Shown: positions 44,601-48,383 of the stretch, in pieces
How positions within the stretch are numbered: the first letter of the stretch is position 1
Layout: each line of letters starts with the position of its first letter
NCBI GenBank assembly: GCA_018645565.1
Contig: JABGWJ010000098.1
Span: 1-48,383, forward strand
DNA: 48,383 bases
Source: a bacterium
GTDB lineage: Bacteria; Fidelibacterota; Marinisomatia; Marinisomatales; UBA1611
Direction: 5' to 3'
Position numbers and translations under genes: made by a program
The notes under the pieces: generated by a model
What the model saw: the letters and a program-made list of their open reading frames with translations, nothing else
Database searches by the model: none
Told to the model about the DNA's origin: nothing

Positions 44601-46256
44601 TGTTTTATCCATAAATAATTCACTCATATCCGCTATCAGTGACACATCCCAGGAATTGATCATCCCATAGGTAGAAAGTGCCGCTGAATTATCCGAAACC
44701 CACAAATCTACCGCTGTCTGAAGTTCTGCTTTTGTTGTAGGTTTAAACTCTATTTGATTCGACTCACCCCCTGCTAACCAGTAAACCATCTGCTCTAAGA
44801 GCTGATCCTCTACTCCTGAACGCATATTACCATTGTTATACGTAGTATTAGCAATGTACATGCCACCTAAGTATCCAGTTCTACCATAAATACCATGATC
44901 ATGAACTATAATTGTATTCGGATTATTTACCCCAACCAATCCACCTAACTTTTCAGCTCCTTGGTCTATAGCGATTGCATATTCAGTGTTATTGCAGGTT
45001 GGAGTAAAATTTGAGATACCATTGGTTACTGGATGGTCATTTTGGACTATAGAAATCTGTCCTGGTGATCCATATTGATAAGAACCATTATGAACAAATG
45101 GAGTGACAGAAGAAACATAATCATTATTGGTATATCCAGTTATAAGTAGTTCATGAAGAAACCACCCTGTAAACAAAATACCACCACCATTTAGCATGTA
45201 TGTATTTAAGGTAGAGTAAAAGCTAGAAGTATATCCTCCATCACCATGTCCTGAACCACCAATGATTATAACATCATAATCAGAAATCTCAGAAATTTCA
45301 TCTGCTTGGTCTACAGTCAAAGTGACCGCAGAAAAGTCAAAATAGGTATCATCATTTAATTGGGCTGCAACCAATTCTTTAGTACTATAACTATTTGGAC
45401 TACTGACAACGGCAACCTTAATGGAAGATGCATTTTCTTCATTCCAAGATGCACCGATAATAACTGCATTATTATTATTTAAACTTAAATCATTCGCTGT
45501 GCTACCTTGCCCTTCATTAAAGCGCCAATAGCATACTAAATCTGAAGAAGAATTGTAACCAAAGCTATTCGAACTAAGATTCACATGATTATAAATTGCA
45601 TTTACCTCACTACCAGGAATTGATTTATTCCAGATTGCAACATCATCTAAACTCCCATTTAAAAAGTATTGAGGGTCAGATGAATAATTTTTTCTAGCAC
45701 CAAGCTCAAGATTTCGAGTATTGTTTCCATTTGAGGTTAATCCTGATATTGAAACATTAAATTCTTCATCTAAAGAACCGTTGATATAAATTTTAGATGA
45801 GCCATTATCGGTGGAGATAAGAATATGGTACCAAGTTTCAATCTGAGGAGAAAAACTTGAACTAATTTCTGGCCAATTCCCCGATGGATGATTTCTGTAT
45901 CTAAATTTAATCTCACCATCATCATTTAAAAAAACCCAGAACATATCCTCGGCCGAGAAAATGTATTGGACAGATGATACATCATTAAAATTAACCCAAA
46001 AAGACAAGCTAAATGCCTCCTCATCAGAAAAATCATAATCAGAAGAAGCAGGAATACCTAGATAATCATCAACCCCATCAAAATTTAAATAAGAATTAGA
46101 CTCACCAGAATTTCTATCTATTGATGGTGAATATTCATTTTGATAAACACTTGATAATTCAATATCTCCTGCCCAATTACTAAAAATGAAATCAGATTCA
46201 GCAAAAGATATAGTTGCTACAAAAAAGATTGAGAAAAAAGTTACCAAAATATTCAT
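41619..46256 (-). CDS. Giant secreted multidomain surface protein: LamG-like lectin domain, seven BspA-type DUF285 repeats, cadherin/Ig-like repeats, FN3-like region, T9SS C-terminal sorting domain
   Basis: 1545 aa with the signal ILVTFFSIFFVATISFA. The LamG/Laminin_G_3-like region reads LNFDGVDDYLGI...SLDDVAIWN. The 25-aa repeats have the consensus FNQDISSWDVSxVTxMxxMF. The VNDKP/MNDAP/VNDPP boundaries are cadherin-like. The C-terminus ALEQNYPNPFNPSTQIRY...GMYIYTIRAG...KKMVLLK is a Por/T9SS type-A sorting tail. Confidence 0.8.
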   Translation of the reverse strand: MNILVTFFSIFFVATISFAESDFIFSNWAGDIELSSVYQNEYSPSIDRNSGESNSYLNFDGVDDYLGIPASSDYDFSDEEAFSLSFWVNFNDVSSVQYIFSAEDMFWVFLNDDGEIKFRYRNHPSGNWPEISSSFSPQIETWYHILISTDNGSSKIYINGSLDEEFNVSISGLTSNGNNTRNLELGARKNYSSDPQYFLNGSLDDVAIWNKSIPGSEVNAIYNHVNLSSNSFGYNSSSDLVCYWRFNEGQGSTANDLSLNNNNAVIIGASWNEENASSIKVAVVSSPNSYSTKELVAAQLNDDTYFDFSAVTLTVDQADEISEISDYDVIIIGGSGHGDGGYTSSFYSTLNTYMLNGGGILFTGWFLHELLITGYTNNDYVSSVTPFVHNGSYQYGSPGQISIVQNDHPVTNGISNFTPTCNNTEYAIAIDQGAEKLGGLVGVNNPNTIIVHDHGIYGRTGYLGGMYIANTTYNNGNMRSGVEDQLLEQMVYWLAGGESNQIEFKPTTKAELQTAVDLWVSDNSAALSTYGMINSWDVSLIADMSELFMDKTTFNDDIGNWDVSNVTNMTRMFQTCRYFNQDISGWDVSSLTNMTSMFHDSWNFNQDISSWDVSSVTSLRMTFEDTRKFNQDISSWDVSSVIDMGLTFVRALDFNQDISSWDVSNVTDMDYLFWSATSFDQDISAWDVSNVTTMVEMFYSASGLSDTNKCLIHASFQSNDAWAPNNWSYLCNTAPTASDQYLTIFEDNTFDFPFSSEDTDNDFLVYEIIDSSKHGNINISLDTGFVYTPFNNFFGLDSFKYVAYDGEAYSEPAMVTIEVTEVNDKPMAMSDHFMLAEDDTLHGELQANDGDYFTIQQEIQDLTYSITLSTLKGTLSVIDTSGEFTYTPDANFFGADSFLFSVTDNGTTDGVADFRSDTAMIHLFVEPMNDAPVLSAFADTSMHEDSTLVLSIFANDIDNAELSVYAYSSQDRVSAFVEDTLLYINPDADWNGTVEIVVVANDNMSRASDAKEFTVEVVPVNDPPFFTMNHFHAMGDITSGLEHWLYADDIDSDIFFTLEGAPSWISLDGSKIVGQPEQDGEYVFTLSVSDSEYVVSEQFTVYIADHRPEILSLRDVANDQGKQMQIVWKPGQLDPSLLFTQFSAWRKVNPEPDIVYFTKENNADWTLEQNQDRISETVWLTRASNQGIFNIFSQDSYDPNGPSGTSWRWGATLDESHSDLAYTSLNAAILQSGYNVNQTLVQQLAGNPVFSLYLIDNDEYYDVTFTSYFGNNSGGGFSWYHSPVEFQADTSDLWDFIATIPWIGTEDEYSLVVPTLGDSTTHGVHHSTFRVTAHTEDVVLYHVSEPVTGFSVDNLHPTVPQGLTALESGSSVILQWNTQVDEDFSYHNIYKNDLNSADLAMVFTTTDSFYVDQEGTQGSYEYWITAVDSAGNESDASDIAAAVLSSSEQVTLPTVFALEQNYPNPFNPSTQIRYAIPEQSMVTISIYDMMGRKVRTLIQGNISAGYHTTVWNATNDKGLPVGAGMYIYTIRAGTYHQMKKMVLLK
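44140..44700 (-). repeat. In-frame tandem repeat, seven units of exactly 75 nt (25 aa), encoding the DUF285/BspA-like repeats
   Basis: The plus-strand octamer ACATCCCA occurs at 44194, 44269, 44344, 44419, 44494, 44569 and 44644, that is every 75 nt. The flanking sequence is conserved (ACATCCCAGCTGGAGATATCTTGATT appears twice nearly identically). Confidence 0.9.
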
Positions 46257-46324
46257 AATTAAAATTGCCCTTTAAAACTAAAAAGTTGGCTCCCAAAAGT
46301 GAGCGGAACCTATATTGTAGAAAA

Positions 46325-48383
46325 TTACTTCAGAAGCACCATTTTTCTTACTTGCCTAAAATCACCAGCTTGAATGGTATATACATACATACCAGCTGAT
46401 ACTCCTCTACCGAAATTGTCCGTAGCATCCCAGCGTACAGATCTATACCCAACTTCCTGGAATTCATTTACTAGCGAGCGAACCTCTTTGCCCATTATAT
46501 CATAGATCATAATAGATACCACCTGAGATTCTGACATGTCATAGTTAATTGTGGTAGTTGGATTAAAAGGGTTAGGATAGTTTTGATGTAAAGCAAACAC
46601 TTCTGGTATTGATGCTTCCTCCAAAGATAATACTGGCCTAGCATCAAGTATTAGAGTTCGTGTTTCAGAACTAAATGTAGTATCCATACCGTCTGTTGCA
46701 AAAACCACCCAGTCACATTCAACATACTGCAACCCTGCTGTTTCAAGGAGAGCTAGTGCAGATGTGTGAGGGATAGAAAGTTCAGTCATTCCTACATTTG
46801 CTGTATATAATGCTGGTGTTTCAAGTGCATATGGTCCATTGTAAAGTATAAAACCATAACCCACACTATCTCCGTCAACATCTTCACTCATTGTCCAAGA
46901 CACGTCAATCGTTGCGCCTCCAGTAGCTGATACACCAGTAATAATCACTTCTGCGCTGTCATCAGGTGTTATGAGTGTAAAAGCAGATGGCGCATCATTA
47001 ACCGAGTTTATAGTAACCAGAACAGTATCATAAACAAACGATCCAGAGCCATCTGTTCCAACTATATGAAGCGTATCTACACCATACATGTTAATCATAG
47101 GAATAATTTTTAAATCATACCCATCTAAAGACCAATCAAAAATATCATTATTAGCAGCTTCAATCTCAAATTCGATACTATCTCCATCTAAGTCCACAAA
47201 GTAAGGCTCTGTTTCAGAACCACCCAAGTTAACAACGATAGAATCTGAATCTTCTTCGCCAACAATATCGGCTAAAGGCATAATAATCACCGGAGCGTCA
47301 TTTACAGGCATTACATGAACTGAAACGTAAAAAGGATCACTCGTTGAAAAACCATCGTTAGCCTTTACGACTAGCGGAATGTCTCCAAAAAAGTTCTCAT
47401 TGGGAACAATTCTGAAACCATATTCAATCGGAGTGATTGTATAATGATTTACAACAGGATCTGTATCATCTTCAGCTGTAATATCTAAGGTGATTAACTC
47501 CAACTGGGTATCAGGATCTCTTATAACAAACTGATAAATAAAAACGTCAATAGAATCATCTTCAAGTATTTCAAATGATGGCGCATCTACAATTTCAGGA
47601 GAATCATTGACCGTATTAACGGTAACAACAATAGAATCCATTACATCATCGCCTGAAGGGTCAGTAGCAACAACAAAAACAGTATCTTGCCCTGAAAGGT
47701 TTGGATAGAATGATAAGTATAACGAATCTGAAGCAGCGAAAGCTGACACGACACCAGAACCATTCGTAAAAACATCGAAATTTAGTGAGTCTCCATCGCT
47801 ATCATAAAAATAAGGCGACGTTTCAGATCCGAGAAGACTTAAAATAACCTCATCTGCATCTTCATCAACAATAATATCATTTACTGCTGTTACGACAATA
47901 GGAGCATCATTTGACGGTAAAACCACAACTAAAAGGTCCCATACATTGCTCAAAGAATCACCGTCACTTATGGTTGAAGGAACATACAATGTATCTGTGA
48001 CATTTTCATCAGCGGTAATTTTATAGCCTACCTCAACCATCTCAACACTGTATCCATCGCCGTCTTCAACCATTAATGTTAGACTACTTTCATCACTATC
48101 AATATCATAATAAACAAAATCATCTAAAGTAACAGTAAAAGAATCCTCCTCTTCAATCACAAAATATGCAGCTGTGGTAATAACTGGTGCATCATTGATA
48201 CTTGTAACTGTTACTAACACAGTATCTACAACGGATTCACCGCTTATATCTATACCAACGACAAAGACTGTATCATTGCCAAAGGCATCTGGCAAGAACT
48301 CTAGTTTAAGCGTATCATTCATTACCATTGGCATGACAAGATTATAACCAGCAGTGTACGCCTCAAACACTAAATCATCGCCA
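46325..48383 (-). CDS. Cadherin/Ig-like repeat adhesin with T9SS C-terminal sorting domain; 5' end beyond the window
   Basis: At least 681 aa. The frame appears to continue past the track start at 48370 to the window edge. It has repeated modules of about 100 aa delimited by (S/V/I)NDAP(V/I) or VNDSP. The C-terminus ALHQNYPNPFNPTTTINY...GMYVYTIQAG...RKMVLLK is paralogous to the tail of the neighbouring gene. Confidence 0.8.
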   Translation of the reverse strand, partial: GDDLVFEAYTAGYNLVMPMVMNDTLKLEFLPDAFGNDTVFVVGIDISGESVVDTVLVTVTSINDAPVITTAAYFVIEEEDSFTVTLDDFVYYDIDSDESSLTLMVEDGDGYSVEMVEVGYKITADENVTDTLYVPSTISDGDSLSNVWDLLVVVLPSNDAPIVVTAVNDIIVDEDADEVILSLLGSETSPYFYDSDGDSLNFDVFTNGSGVVSAFAASDSLYLSFYPNLSGQDTVFVVATDPSGDDVMDSIVVTVNTVNDSPEIVDAPSFEILEDDSIDVFIYQFVIRDPDTQLELITLDITAEDDTDPVVNHYTITPIEYGFRIVPNENFFGDIPLVVKANDGFSTSDPFYVSVHVMPVNDAPVIIMPLADIVGEEDSDSIVVNLGGSETEPYFVDLDGDSIEFEIEAANNDIFDWSLDGYDLKIIPMINMYGVDTLHIVGTDGSGSFVYDTVLVTINSVNDAPSAFTLITPDDSAEVIITGVSATGGATIDVSWTMSEDVDGDSVGYGFILYNGPYALETPALYTANVGMTELSIPHTSALALLETAGLQYVECDWVVFATDGMDTTFSSETRTLILDARPVLSLEEASIPEVFALHQNYPNPFNPTTTINYDMSESQVVSIMIYDIMGKEVRSLVNEFQEVGYRSVRWDATDNFGRGVSAGMYVYTIQAGDFRQVRKMVLLK

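Noticed and set aside
44140-44700. Regular 75-nt periodic repeat that could superficially suggest a CRISPR array or satellite
   Set aside because: The repeat is in frame within a long uninterrupted ORF and encodes 25-aa DUF285-type units. The inter-repeat segments are also conserved at the protein level. No cas genes, leader or palindromic repeat cores are present.
46257-46324. Possible Rho-independent terminator between the two T9SS cargo genes
   Set aside because: Only a weak 4-bp GCTC...GAGC pairing is visible, without a following U-tract. This is insufficient to call a terminator.

Overview
A 48.4-kb, visibly AT-rich and very gene-dense bacterial chromosomal window. GC was not computed. 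I count about 48 protein genes and one tRNA. I see no rRNA, CRISPR array, transposase or integrase. Bases 1-25334 form one unbroken minus-strand gene array. It begins at its 3' end with the classical thrS-infC-rpmI-rplT-pheS-pheT block, preceded by tRNA-Val(GAC). Upstream of that come an S41 protease, tmk and rsmI, then a lysine-catabolism trio (L-lysine 6-aminotransferase, an ALDH7-type dehydrogenase and a divergent ornithine-aminotransferase-like enzyme). Further upstream are a seven-gene operon of unknown function (13089-19777), then cdsA, a lipid kinase, rlpA, trmL, a pyrD-like gene and a TPR lipoprotein. The second half holds small stress-type genes (BolA, TerB-like, DUF1232-like) and a three-gene orphan module. 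It also holds a beta-helix/BACON-like secreted protein, a PNPOx/AttH-like lipoprotein/ABC-2 transporter module, acetoacetyl-CoA synthetase, a methyltransferase and a fatty-acid hydroxylase. It ends with two very large adhesin-like proteins carrying C-terminal sorting domains of the type IX secretion system (T9SS). The T9SS tails, BACON-like domains, compaction and AT-richness suggest an uncultivated marine member of the FCB superphylum, possibly Marinimicrobia-like; this is inference only. The best candidate for an undescribed system is the 13089-19777 operon. It combines a 605-aa GlmL/MutL-type ASKHA ATPase, a barrel-sandwich-hybrid protein, a small protein and four membrane proteins, with no B12 mutase partner. 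It sits directly upstream of the lysine-catabolism genes.
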